From positions 57,675 through 121,674 of IMG/VR virus record IMGVR_UViG_3300049043_000117: DNA of 64,000 nucleotides; one strand, written 5' to 3'. Source of the stretch: a virus. The position numbers and the translations under genes were made by a program. The notes below the pieces were generated by a model. It ran no database searches. It had not been told where the DNA came from and saw only the letters and a program-made list of their open reading frames with translations. Positions 51,951-63,962 of the stretch are shown piece by piece (position 1 is the first letter of the stretch; every line of letters begins with the position of its first letter).

Positions 51951-52025
51951 TTACCAACATGGCTAACTTAATGCGTCAAGGAGCGGATTTGGGTGTAAGG
52001 TGTGCGGTTTGCGGATTCGGCCCAC
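51951..52025 (-). promoter_or_regulatory. Early promoter repeat, copy 13
   Basis: GTGG(G)CC..TCCGCAAACCGCACAC...TAAGTTAGCCATGTTGG. Confidence 0.6.
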
Positions 52026-52353
52026 CCTTGGATTTTGGTTTCTTCGGGACCGCCCTGCCTCGTGGGTTTCGCACCCTGGAGAACCCTTTCGGCCACTAGG
52101 CGTTTTCGCCTTTTTTTGCGATTTTTCTGGCTCGACAGGTGTCTTAGTACCCTTCTTGCGAACCCGATGCGAGTTTTTTAATTGTTCAGCCGAATCTCTG
52201 CAGCTGACGGGTATCCACTAATTCAGCTGTTGACCCTCTGCGATAATCATGTATTGATTACCATAGGGTACAGCAGCAAACTGAAAGTCTGGTGTGGTGA
52301 ATCCTGTGGGCGCCATTGTCTGGATCCAGAATACTTGTGTTGGGGAACATCAT
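51976..52353 (-). CDS. Small protein with a Lys/Pro-rich basic tail, missed by the ORF track
   Basis: MMFPNTSILDPDNGPTGFTTPDFQFAAVPYGNQYMIIAEGQ...RKKGTKTP..QKKAKTPSG.KGSPGAKP...KKPKSKG, reconstructed from both arms. Confidence 0.55.
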
Positions 52354-52900
52354 GCGACTAGATACCTCTTCTCGTACTCCAATAATTCTACAGGAACATC
52401 AATGATGTTGTTGTGAATGGGACGGCATACTTCCAGTGGACTCTCGCCTTCCTCTCGTTCATACAATTTGATACCCAAGTGATTGTACTTTTGATCTGTG
52501 GGTACAAGAATCTTGTATCCATCTTGATCGTTTGATGTCAGGAAAGAGAGTGATTCATTCTCCTTCTGAGTGACTGACAATCGTCCTACATGCGTACCAG
52601 AAAGTTGCCTTGAACTTCTCATAATCACTAAAATATGTATCCTGGTTGTCCATAATCATGCGACCAATGAACTGCGGAGACAGACAATGATCATGAGTTG
52701 TCTTACCCTTGTTCATCTTGTTGACATAGTGCGTTCTCACTGATTAGCCCACTTGGGGTTAGGATTACCGCAGTCAAATACCCCGAGATAAAAGTCACGA
52801 GTGACGTGCACGATCCCACTTGGATTAGTTCCCCAATCCTTGCGTTCAACTGAAGATTGCGGAAAGTTTTCTTGCAGTAGATAGTCCAGTCCTTCATCAT
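52350..52900 (-). CDS. Conserved cyanophage hypothetical protein (THDHCLSPQ; possible HNH-like fold)
   Basis: MKDWTIYCKKTF...KTTHDHCLSPQFIGRMI...TIVVTQKENESLS. Translationally coupled to the helicase. Confidence 0.55.
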
Positions 52901-54152
52901 TTCCTCACTACCGAGATTGCAGGTTGACCTTGTTGGAAGATCGTATCCACCACACCTGGATCTTCTGGTGAGTAGAGATCCCAACTTTGTTGAACACGGG
53001 AACAACAACCAGACCGAAAGATTTGGTGTAGTTGTTCACATCACCAGGGACAAGTTCACCACTACGGATGCGAGCTGCATCATCATGGTGCATCCGAATC
53101 ACACGGCCAATGGTTTGGGAGATACCAATGTAGTCCATAGATCGCATGAAGATGACACCCTCAAGTCCAGAGACATTGATACCCTCAGAGAGGATAGAAT
53201 GGTGCGCGACAACAAACTTCTTGTTGTCATCCTTACCCCATGCACTTAGGGTCTCAAAGAATACCTCACGATTCACCTTCTGACCATTGACAAATTGCAC
53301 CCGTCTTTTGCGGTGATGTAGAGATACGAGAACCCACGATCTTGCAGTTGTTGAATGAAGTCGGTCTCAGACATCAGTGCAGTGATCTGTTTGGTGGCTT
53401 TCGCAGCAGATCGACACTTTTTGTCCTTACCACATTCATCCAGAGTCTCGAATCAGGTTAGTGCACGATCCCGATCCGCAGGTATCTTACCAGACTTCAC
53501 CATCGGAAGTTGTTTCGCAAGAACTTTCGGAGGGAGGATGTAACCACCTTCCACAAGTTCAGGTGCAGGAACATTACAAATGACCTGACCATAAACTTCT
53601 ACATCATTCAGTCCCAGACTTACCGACTGCGAGAGAATGTTTGGGAGTCGCAGTGAAGAAGTAACAACGATCAGCTTGCCTGACTGAAGTATTCAGTTGC
53701 AGGGAAGAAGTTGCGTTGAACGGAGTTGTGAGTTCGTCAAAGTAAATGGTGTTGACGGGGAGACGAGATTATTGCAGTCGTTCCAGAGAATGATAGGTGG
53801 TGAAGATCAGTTTGTGACCGCGAGTGTTCACCACCCAGTCCACAATCTCTTGAGGTTTGGTAGAACTGAAGTGATGAGTTTCACCAGAGATGAATGTGCA
53901 TCACATTTGCGTTGGTGATAAACTCCAGGAACTCAGAACATAGTTGTTCCGCCAAGCAAGATGCGGGTGGCAACTATAACAATCGTTTGTTCAGCTTGCA
54001 TTTGCATTCGCATCATTTTGTTGGAATTGCAATCATTGCGTCCTTGATCATCTTCATTGTCTTACCACCACCAGTGGGGACAATGATCTGGCCTTTCGGT
54101 GCAGTTGCATGAGATCTAACTGGCGCGTTGTTGAGTGTGGTCGGAGATTCAT
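52897..54152 (-). CDS. SF2 DEAD/H-like helicase (type III restriction res-subunit-like)
   Basis: LRPHQ Q-motif, PTGGGKT Walker A, TTYHSL, YFDEA(H), FTATP, ILSEGINV, QTIGRVIR. Confidence 0.9.
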
Positions 54153-54229
54153 GCAGTTCGCGTTCAATACACTCAGAATACCCCCCTGACCCGTGGTCAG
54201 GGGCAAGGAGCTCGAGCGATCAGGAAATC

Positions 54230-54616
54230 TTATTGGTGGTATAAGTATAAGAATCGTTCATAGAATCCAGAACTCTCATTCATCAAGTTCAGGGACTCTT
54301 TGTGTGGTCGTTGTTTCCATCCATACCATTGTGTTCTTTTGCCTGTATTGTATGGAGGCTTCTGACCCATAGAGTAATACTGATCCGCAGTTACATCGTA
54401 GATAGTTTCACCACTTGTAACCACCAATGAGTATCATTCCGATAGTCAATTCCACTCATGGGAATCAACTTATCCGTGTCCATCAGGTAAAACAAGCCTG
54501 AGTTGAATGGTAACAATGACCAAACATGGGGTTTCTTACATTTTCTTCTCTGTACTTTTTAGTGAGAAGATCTGGAGAAGTTGTTGAGCAATGATGTTGC
54601 TGATCGCACGAATCAT
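54230..54616 (-). CDS. Hypothetical protein with a candidate Cys-His-Asp (transglutaminase-like) triad
   Basis: FGHCYHSTQA...THWWLQ.G..IYDVTADQY, reconstructed from both arms. Confidence 0.5.
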
Positions 54617-54638
54617 TGCAGGTTCATAAGAAAAGGGG

Positions 54639-54667
54639 AAAAATCCCAGAGTTCTTGTCTCTGAGAT
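54639..54667 (-). terminator. Probable rho-independent terminator
   Basis: Minus strand ATCTCAGAG-ACAAGAA-CTCTGGGAT-TTTT after the stop at 54691. Confidence 0.55.
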
Positions 54668-54690
54668 TTCTCCGTCTTTGTAAGAATGTC

Positions 54691-55710
54691 TTACGACTTC
54701 TTTCATCCGAGTGCAGGATAGTCTACAACTTCTCCCACAAGATGATCAGAACCAATCTTTTGGAAGATAACCTTTTGGGGTTCAAAAGTTTGGTCTTGAA
54801 GAAGTTGACTGCGGTTGCAAACTCAAGACATTCATCAACGAAATCGTTCATGATGTTTTCTGCAGCAACATGTGCATCATCAATACCTTCATGACTGCAG
54901 CTATGACTATTCCAGAGACAATAACCTTGAAATCTCCACCACTATTGACATAAGAACGCATCATAGATCGTGCAGTGCGAATGAAGCGTTGGTTGTCGCC
55001 ATTCTCTGCATCAGTGGTGTTCAGGATGATCAGACTGAGGATCGTAGTCAGCAACGATCTGGTTAATCTCATGTTCCTTGAACCACTCAATACGACCTTC
55101 AGGCATATGTTTCTTTGCGAATAGCAGCAGTAATGTAATCTGCAACTTGTCGTTTAGTCAGACAATGTTCAATACTATTGAACCATTCAGTCATTTGGTC
55201 ACGATTCCATCCGTGAGTTGATACGACGAATCAGAATGCCAACATAATCATCTCTGCTGGTTTGAATTTAGCAGATCCGTTATCACTGATAGCGGCATCT
55301 TCCAGAACTTCCAGGTCAGTTGTCTGAAGAGAGTTGCGGGTAGATTCATCATACTCATAGATGTCATACACCCACACAGGATAACCAAGTTCATCAAAGA
55401 TGGCTGCACGACCATAACCACCGTAAAGGGAAAGGTGCCCATCCTCATTGATAAGTTTCGGAGGCATTTCACGGATGTCAATACCCTTCTCAAGCTGCCG
55501 AGAAGAGTCTCATCTCGTTTCCAGTACCAGCTTGACGAGCAAGGTTTTGTTTCCCCCGTTTGTTCTGTTTGGGTAGAAGTGGTCAATACTTTCGTTCAAG
55601 AAATCGCATACCATCAACTTGTTCTGGAGCAGGAATCTTGAAAATAATCTCATTCAGCTGGATCACTGCAAGTTTGAGGAACTTGCAGAAAATGATTTTT
55701 CTTAGACGTA
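54691..55710 (-). CDS. Hypothetical protein, possible ParB/Srx-like N-terminal domain, frameshifted
   Basis: GIDIREMPPKLINEDGHLSLYGGYGRAAIFDELGY resembles the ParB P...dG.hR..a...lG motif. Confidence 0.4.
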
Positions 55711-55745
55711 ATAAAAGGTGCTAAAAAGCAAAGCGTGTTTGGGTC

Positions 55746-55796
55746 AGCAATACGTAACTAGGATTGAAAAGCTACTTCGTTCAATTACGTATTGCT
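55746..55796. other. Back-to-back Oxford Nanopore ligation adapter sequence (artefact)
   Basis: AGCAATACGTAACT (55746-55759), then TACTTCGTTCAATTACGTATTGCT (55773-55796), one mismatch to the ONT adapter TACTTCGTTCAGTTACGTATTGCT. Confidence 0.95.
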
Positions 55797-58700
55797 GACA
55801 AACACACTTTGCTTTTAGCACCTTTATTATGTTTTAAGAAAAATCATTTTCTGCAAGTTCCTCAAACTTGCAGTGATCCAATAGCTTGGAATGAGATTTA
55901 TTTTCAAGATTCCTTGCTTCCAGAACAAGTTGATGGTATGCGATTTCTTGAACGAAAGTCTTGACCAACTTCTACCCCGAACAGAAGAACAAACGGGGGA
56001 AAACACAAAACCTTGCTGGTCAAGCTGGTACCTGGCAAACGAGATGAGACTCTTCTCGGGTCAGCTTTGAGAAGGGTATTGACATCCGTGAAATGCCTCC
56101 GAAACTTATCAATGAGGAATGGGCACCTTTCCCTTTACGGTGGTTATGGTCGCTGCAGCCATCTTTGATGAACTGGGTTGTCCTGTGTGGGTGTATGACA
56201 TCTATGAGTATGATGTGAATCTACCCGCAAACTCTCTTCAGACAACTGACCTGGAAGTTCTGGCAAGATGCCAGCCCTCAGTGATAACGGATCTAGCCAA
56301 ATCCAAACCAGGGCAGAGACGATTATGTCCTGGCATTCTGATTCGTCGTATCAGTCTCACGGATGGAATCGTGACCAAATGACTGAATGGTTCAATAGTA
56401 TTGAACATTGTCTGACTAAACGACAAGTTGCAGATTACATTACTGACTGCTATTCGCAAAGCAACAGTTGAAGGTCGTATTGAGTGGTTCAAGGAACATG
56501 AGATTAACCAGATCGTTGCTGGCTACGATCCTGCGCCTGATCATCCTGAGCACCACTGATGCAGAGAATGGCGACAACCAACGCTTCATTCGCACTGCAC
56601 GATCTATGATGCGTTCTTATGTCAATAGTGGTGGAGAGATCTCAAGGTTATTGTCTCTGGAATAGTCAGCTAGCTGCAGTCATGAAGGTATTGATGATGC
56701 ACATGTTGCTGCAGAAACATCATGAACGATTTCGTTGATGAATGTCTTGAGTTTGCAACCGCAGTCAACTTCTTCAAGACCAAAGCTCTGTGAACCCCAA
56801 AAGGTTATCTTCCAAAAGATTGGTTCTGATCATCTTGTGGGAGAAGTTGTAGACTATCCTGCACTCGGATGAAAGAAGTCGTAAGACATTCTTACAAAGA
56901 CGGAGAAATCTCAGAGACAAGAACTCTGGGATTTTTCCCCCTTCTTATGAACCCGCAATGATTCGTGCGATCAGTAACATCATTGCTCAACAACTTACTC
57001 CGGATCTTCTCACTAAAAAGTACAGAGAAGAAAATGTAAGAAACCCCATGTTTGGTCATTGTTACCATTCAACTCAGGCTTCGTTTTACCTGATGGACAC
57101 GGATAAGTTGATTCCCATGAGTGGAATTGACTATCGGAATGATACTCACTGGTGCGTTACAAGATGGTGAAACTATCTACGATGTAACTGCGGATCAGTA
57201 TTACTCTATGGGTCAGAAGCCTCCATACGATACAGGCAAAAGAACACAATGGTATGGATGGAAACAACGACCGCACCAAAGATCCCTGAACATTGATAAT
57301 GAGAGTTCTGGATTCTATGAACGATTCTTATACTTATACCACCAATAAGATTTCCTGATCACTCAGCCCTTGCCCCTGATCACGGGTCAAGGGGTATTCT
57401 CAGCTGTATTGAAACGCAATTTCATGATTCTCCGACCACATCAACAACGCGCAGTTGATTTAATGCAACTGCACCGCAAAGGTCAGATCATTGTTCCCAC
57501 TGGTGGTGGTAAAACAATGAAGATGATTAAGGACGCAATGTTGCAATTTCATTGTGGTTATTCAGGAACAAACGATTGTTATAGTTGCGCCCCGCATCTT
57601 GCTGGCTGAACAATTATGTTCTGAGTTCCTTGAGTTTATCACCAACGCAAGTGTGATGCACATTCACTCTGGTGAAACTCATCACTTCAGTTCTACCAAA
57701 CCTCAAGAAATTGTGGACTGGGTTGTGAACACTCGCGGTCACAAACTGATCTTCACCACCTATCATTCTCTGGAGACGACTGGAGGAACTCGTCTCCCCG
57801 TCAACACCATTTACTTTGACGAAGCTGCACAACTCCGTTCAACGCAACTTCTTCCCTGCAACTGAATACTTCAGTCAGAGAAGCTGATCGTTGTTACTTC
57901 TTCACTGCGACTCCCAAACATTCTCTCGCAGTCGGTAAGTCTGGGATGAATGATGTAGAAGTTTATGGTCAGGTCATTTGTAATGTTCCTGCACCTGAAC
58001 TTGTGGAAGGTGGTTACATCCTCCCTCCGAAAGTTCTTGCGAAACAACTTCCGATGGTGAAGTCTGGTAAGATACCTGCGGATCGTGATTGCACTAACCT
58101 GATTGAGACTCTGGATGAATGTGGTAAGGACAAAGTGTTGATCTGTGCGAAAGCCACCAAACAGATCACTGCACTGATGTCTGAGACTGATTTCATTCAA
58201 CAACTGCAAGATCGTGGGTTCTCGTATCTCTACATCACCGCAAAGACTGGTGCAATTATCAATGGTCAGAAGGTGAATCGTGAGGTATTCTTTGAGACCC
58301 TAAGTGCATGGGGTAAGGATGACAACAAGAAGTTTGTTGTGCTACACCATTCCATCCTCTCTGAGGGTATCAATGTGAGTGGTTTGGAAGGTGTCATCTT
58401 TATGCGATCCATGGACTACATTGGTATCTCCCAAACCATCGGCTCGTGTGATTCGGATGCACCACGATGATGCAGCTCGCATCCGTAGTGGTGAACTGAT
58501 CCCTGGTGATGTGAACAACTACACCAAATCTTTCGGTCTGGTTGTTGTTCCCGTGTTCAACAAAGTTGGGATCTCTACTCACCAGAAGATCCAGGTGTGG
58601 TGGATACGATCTTCCAACAAGGTCAACCTGCAATCTCGGTAGTGAGGAAATGATGAAGGACTGGACTATCTACTGCAAGAAAACTTTCCGCAATCTTCAG

Positions 58701-61700
58701 TTCAACGCAGAGGATTGGGGAACTAATCCAGAGTGGGATCGTGCCATCACTCGTGACTTTTATCTCGGGGTATTTGACTGCGGTAATCCTAACCCAAAGC
58801 GGGCTGAATCAGTGAGAACGCCTATGTCAACAAGATGAACAAGGGTAAGACAACTCATGATCATTGTCTGTCTCCGCAGTTCATTGGTCGCATGATTATG
58901 GACAACCAGGATACATATTTTAGTGATTATGAGAAGTTCAAATGGAACTTTCTGGTACGCATGTAGGACGATTGTAGTCACTCAGAAGGAGAATGAATCA
59001 CTCTCTTTCCTGACATCAAACGATCAAGATGGATACAAGATTCTTGTACCCACAGATCAAAAGTACAATCACTTGGGTATCAAATTGTATGAACGAGAGG
59101 AAATGCAGAGTCCACTGGAAGTATGCCGTCCCATTCACAACAACATCATTGATGTTCCTGTAGAATTATTGGAGTACGAGAAGAGGTATCTAGTCGCATG
59201 ATGTTCCCCAACACAAGTATTCTGGATCCAGACAATGGCCCCACAGGATTCACCACACCAGACTTTCAGTTTGCTGCTGTACCCTATGGTAATCAATACA
59301 TGATTATCGCAGAGGGTCAACACTTGAACTAGTGGATACCCGTCAGCTTGCAGAGATTCGAGCTGAACAATTAAAAAACTCGCATCGGGTTCGCAAGAAG
59401 GGTACTAAGACACCTGCGCAGCCAGAAATCGCAGAAAAAGGCGAAAACGCCTAGTGGCCAAAAGGGTTCTCCAGGGTGCGAAACCCACGAGCAGAGGGCA
59501 GCCCAAGAAACCAAAATCCAAGGGTGTGGCCAATCCGCAAACCGCACACCTTACACCCAAATCCGCTCCTTGACGCATTAAGTCAGCCATGTTGGTAAAG
59601 ACTATGACTACTAAAACAAAACGGGTTTCCGTATCTCCTCTGTCTAGTAAAGTCGAAGAACCGCATTTGCCAACATCATGGATAACTTTCACACATGTAC
59701 TGTAGAACAGGAGAAAGTGATTGATGGTGTTGACCATTTCTTTTTGGTTTCCATGAACAAAATGTACTGTTTTTGGGTTCCGAAAAAGGTAACGAACACT
59801 GGAAGATTGAGAAGTGACGATTGAATTATTCCACAAAGCTCCTGATGGTTATTCTTACGAACAAGAAAAGGATTTTAAGCGCAACACTACTGCTATCTGG
59901 TTGCATCATCATAAACGGTATGATTACAACCTCGGAAAACCAGTCAGAACCATCTGGGACTTTTACAATACAAAGAGCAAGGAATTTCATGCCCCAATCA
60001 ATAGTAAGACAGTGGGAAGTGTAGTTGACATTCGTAACACTACACCTTATACTGCTATGCCTATTAAAATGAACCCACTTGAGCTGCATTTGGATGAGTA
60101 AAAACCACAAACAACTTATTAAAAACCTTGAGAATTATCATGAGTCAAGGTGTTCCGATCTTGCAGAAGAAGGTCGGAAAAAAGATGCACAATCCATCTA
60201 CTATGAGATCGTAGTAGATGAGAAAGACCCTGAAGATTATCTGTTTGTTTCTTACCATCGCATTTACTTCAATCCATGAAATACAAAATTGATTGGAGTT
60301 CTCCTCGCCAGGGTATTCAATCCACCACTGTTGATGCAATCAACACGTTTGCAGTTAGAGAGCAAGTAGAATCAATGTATGCACACATTGATGGGTTTAG
60401 TTTTATCTCTGTGTCACCAATTTTTGAGAAGAAAAAATACTCTCGACCAGAGGAATCGTATAAGCTAGGATTCCACCAATAGTGGTGATTCTGATGACAT
60501 CAGTACGATGATTGGTGCGGGAGTTATCTTTGCTGGTGCAGTTATTGCTCTTCTGGGGTTGTTCTATCTCCCCGTTGGGATTCTCGTTATGATTATTGGT
60601 GGCTTGTTGCTTGGTTGGGTATGAAAATAGCTTTTTGGTTGAGTGATAGAGGTTGGTGATGGAATACTTGACACCAACTCATCGGGAGATTCTTAACGTG
60701 CTTCGACAAGCTCGATGTCGCAGTTATCGTCAATAATCATAAAGTTTGCCACAAAAACAAAGTCGATGGTTATGCAATGACGTGGAAAGATCCCGATAAC
60801 AAACTGAGAAAAAATGTTCTGTTAATGTGCAACAATACTATCAGAAAAAACTATACTGATTGGGTTGGAGAGATTAACCGAACTCTCGCACATGAGGCAG
60901 TTCATGTAGCACAAATGTGCAAAGAGGGTAAAGGTTATGTTGAACCTCTGGGATTTAAGAAAGATATTGAAGAGGAGCTTTTGCCATTCAAGACAATCCT
61001 AGAGAGGTTCTTCGTGTTCTCAAGAAGTATTGTCTTGACGCTTGACAAATCTAAATAAAACATTTACACTAAAGGAGTAATTTAACACTGAAAATGAAGT
61101 ATCTTTATCTCGTTGATTATTGGGTTCCGTTTCCTTCCTCCGAGTATGGTGGGAATGTAACTGTCGTCGCTGAAAATGACAACGAATGTCATGATCTTCT
61201 TCTAGATTGCGCGTGATGGATATGAAAGTACTCACGACTCTCGCATCATGGAACGAGTTGTAAATGCACACAAGTTTGCTCTCGTGGATGAGGAACCTTC
61301 TCGTATTGTTGATAGTTTTACGACGTGATGGACTTGACTTACAAAGAACGGGAACTAATCTATAACTCCCTAAAATACTACAAAGAACATTTTGATTTAA
61401 GTAATAACGAATTGCGATGGGATTATGATGTATTGATTCAAAAGTTCTATTCCGTTGTCAACATCAATGGTGTGGAACCTGGATTTAGATCTGACGTATA
61501 AAAATGACTCATTATAATACTCTTAGTCCCGAAGAATTGTCAGAACTTCATAAAAGAAGGATGGAAGAAGTTCAATCAATAATGAATAAAATTGTAACTG
61601 ACCCATCTGAAATAAGTGTAAAGGATCTGACCAAGCTGTCAATTATTTTAACGTTGTTACCGAAGATGACGGAAGAACAAATGATTCTACTTGAGTGTCT

Positions 61701-63948
61701 TGCTGATGATGAAGAACTGGAAGAATGGGAACGAAAGCGCAAGAATACAATGTGACAATGAGTTACTACATTGCAGAGTTTGTGTGACACTTTGCTAACT
61801 AAATACTAATGCTTATGTGTCGCAACTAAGCAGAGTGAGGAAGCGAAATGCTCCTCTTTTAGTATAAATAATACTGCGACACATAAAGTCAGTTATGCAA
61901 ACACTCAATGTAAGTGGGATCAATGTATTTTTGCACATTGATGAGTCCCAGAGGTTATTGTTGATGATGAGGATTATGAACAACCAACTTGTAATCAACC
62001 TTGGAACAAAGGTAAAAGGGGGTTATTTCAACATACTGAAGAATCCAAATCAAAAATAACTGGAAGACCTAAAGGATTTGTCCAAACTGATGAATGGAAA
62101 GAAAATAAATCTAAATCAATGAGAGGAAATAATAATCATTTTTACGGGAAAAATCACACGGACGAAGTAAGAGAAAAAATCACGCAATCAAAGAGAAAAT
62201 TATACGAAAAGACCTATCAATTCGTTTTCTCCCATTGGTGAAATTGTAAAAGAAACTACAACTCTCAGGGAGTTTTGTGAGAAATACAATTTAGATAGAA
62301 AATCACTCACAAATGTGATAAACAAAATCGCAAAACACCATAAAGGGTGGACACTTTACGAACCGACCACCATCCCTTGACTTTTTATGGGTCTTGTGAC
62401 ATCACGGCTACATGAAGAACACTCAAACTAAAAATCTGCATCTCCAACATCCAGAAGATGAGATTCTGGACAATGGTAAAGTTGGTAGCAAAGAATGTCC
62501 TGAAGTTTTTGCGTTGCAAGGATAATCAACTTTCCGTAAAGTATGATGGAAGTCCAGCAATCGTGTGGGGAACTTGTCCCGAAACTGGAAAGTTTTTTGT
62601 GGGAACCAAGAGTGTTTTTAACAAGAAAAAAATCAAGATCAATTATTCTCATTATGACATTGAAGTTAATCATGGAAATGTTCCGAATGTGACTTCAATT
62701 CTTCATGTTTGTTTTGACAACCTTCCTCGGGTTTCTGGTATAATTCAAGGAGATTGGGTAGGTTTCGGTGGTAATGATTTCTACAAGCCCAACACGATTG
62801 AATACAACTTCGGTCGTCTTGTGAACGAGAATGTAATCATTGCCTGCACACACTTCCTACACCAGTTCTACTCATCTCAAAAAGACGCAGTTGCATCGTT
62901 CGGTGTTGACGAGGAACTGCAGAGCTCCTAATGTTAAGTTCCTGAAAACTGATGCACACTTTACCTCCCGTCGTCGTAGAATTGATCTCCTTCTTGGTCT
63001 TGCAAGTGCTGGCTGTCAATTTTATTAAGTTCCCTGATGCAAAAGAAGGACAAGAACTTAAAGCAACTGGTGAACAAGTGCATCCGCGAACAACGCGACA
63101 TTGCAGAGTCGGGTATGGACAACAACCTGATGATTCTCTACAAACTCATCATTGAGATCGAAGAGCTTCTCATGGAAGGTATCACCTCTCAAGAGGAAGT
63201 AGATTGTTATCTTGGTGATGACAAGTGTGATCATGAGGGTTATGTGATGACCAATCAGTTTGGTACTTTCAAGTTGATCAATCGTCGTCAATTCTCCTAT
63301 GCAAACTTTACAATGAAGAAAGGATGGTGAACCCTGTGCCAGTTTCGGACCAGGCCTAGTGAGCTCGCCAGGGGTCGCCTGGCAATGTATTCCAGCCATG
63401 TTGAGAGAACCCCATGACTCACATCATCTCAGAACGCACCACGATGTCACAAGGTATGCCAATCACGGTCACTACGGTGAACGGAATGGATCGTGTCCAG
63501 ATCAACAATAAACTGCATGAGATTGGTGACCAGTTGCTGAGTTGAAGATGCAACAGCCGCACTCGTTGAGATGCGAAACCAGATTGATCGTCAGAACGAA
63601 ATGAGTGAGATGGGTGATCTGTTTGATGACATCTTCGGAGGCTGAATACATGACTCGTACTCTCGCTGAACTTCGTCAGCTGTTGAACAAATGATTCAAC
63701 GGCGAGGTGAAAATGCACCTGTTGCTGCATGGATCTACACCAAAGATGATGTGATGGATTATCCTGATGGTGAGGCTAATGTAACTGAGGAAGTTGCAAA
63801 CAAGGTGATTGAAGTCTACTGATTATGATCACATCTACACTGAGATCTTTGATTGTATTGATGAGGAACTTCGCCAAATGAATGTTATTCAATGACTTAC
63901 TCCAATCTTTTGCAAGTGTAACCTCTATGTTGTTTCCAAACTCCTTTC
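55797..63948 (+). repeat. ~8.15 kb inverted copy of 47604-55745 (fold-back/duplex read artefact)
   Basis: All ORFs are mirrored (e.g. 49833-50036 vs 61504-61755; 48637-49131 vs 62458-62931). Bounded by adapters at both ends. Confidence 0.95.
57424..58653 (+). CDS. Mirror copy of the SF2 helicase (different allele)
   Basis: MILRPHQQRAVDLMQLHRKGQIIVPTGGGKT... with many synonymous differences from 52897-54152. Confidence 0.85.
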
Positions 63949-63962
63949 AGCAATACGTAACT
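63949..63962. other. Nanopore adapter remnant ending the inverted arm
   Basis: AGCAATACGTAACT, followed by unrelated sequence. Confidence 0.9.

Noticed and set aside
35231-52025. CRISPR array or integron attC array
   Set aside because: The repeats are degenerate, kilobases apart and end in a -10 box plus leader. No cas or integrase gene is visible in the window.
52897-54152. Type III restriction-modification system
   Set aside because: Only a stand-alone ~410-aa helicase is present, with no adjacent methyltransferase motifs or fused nuclease.
1-55745. Mass pseudogenisation, programmed frameshifting or stop-codon recoding
   Set aside because: Breaks are frame changes that also hit essential genes (gp6, gp8, gp25), and they differ between the two mirror arms. 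This fits long-read indel error.
52897-58653. Diversity-generating retroelement template/variable repeat pair
   Set aside because: The differences are synonymous and not adenine-specific, no reverse transcriptase is seen, and the second copy is the artefactual arm.
47604-63948. Giant biological palindrome, hairpin telomere or inverted terminal repeat
   Set aside because: The axis and the distal end contain Oxford Nanopore adapter sequence.
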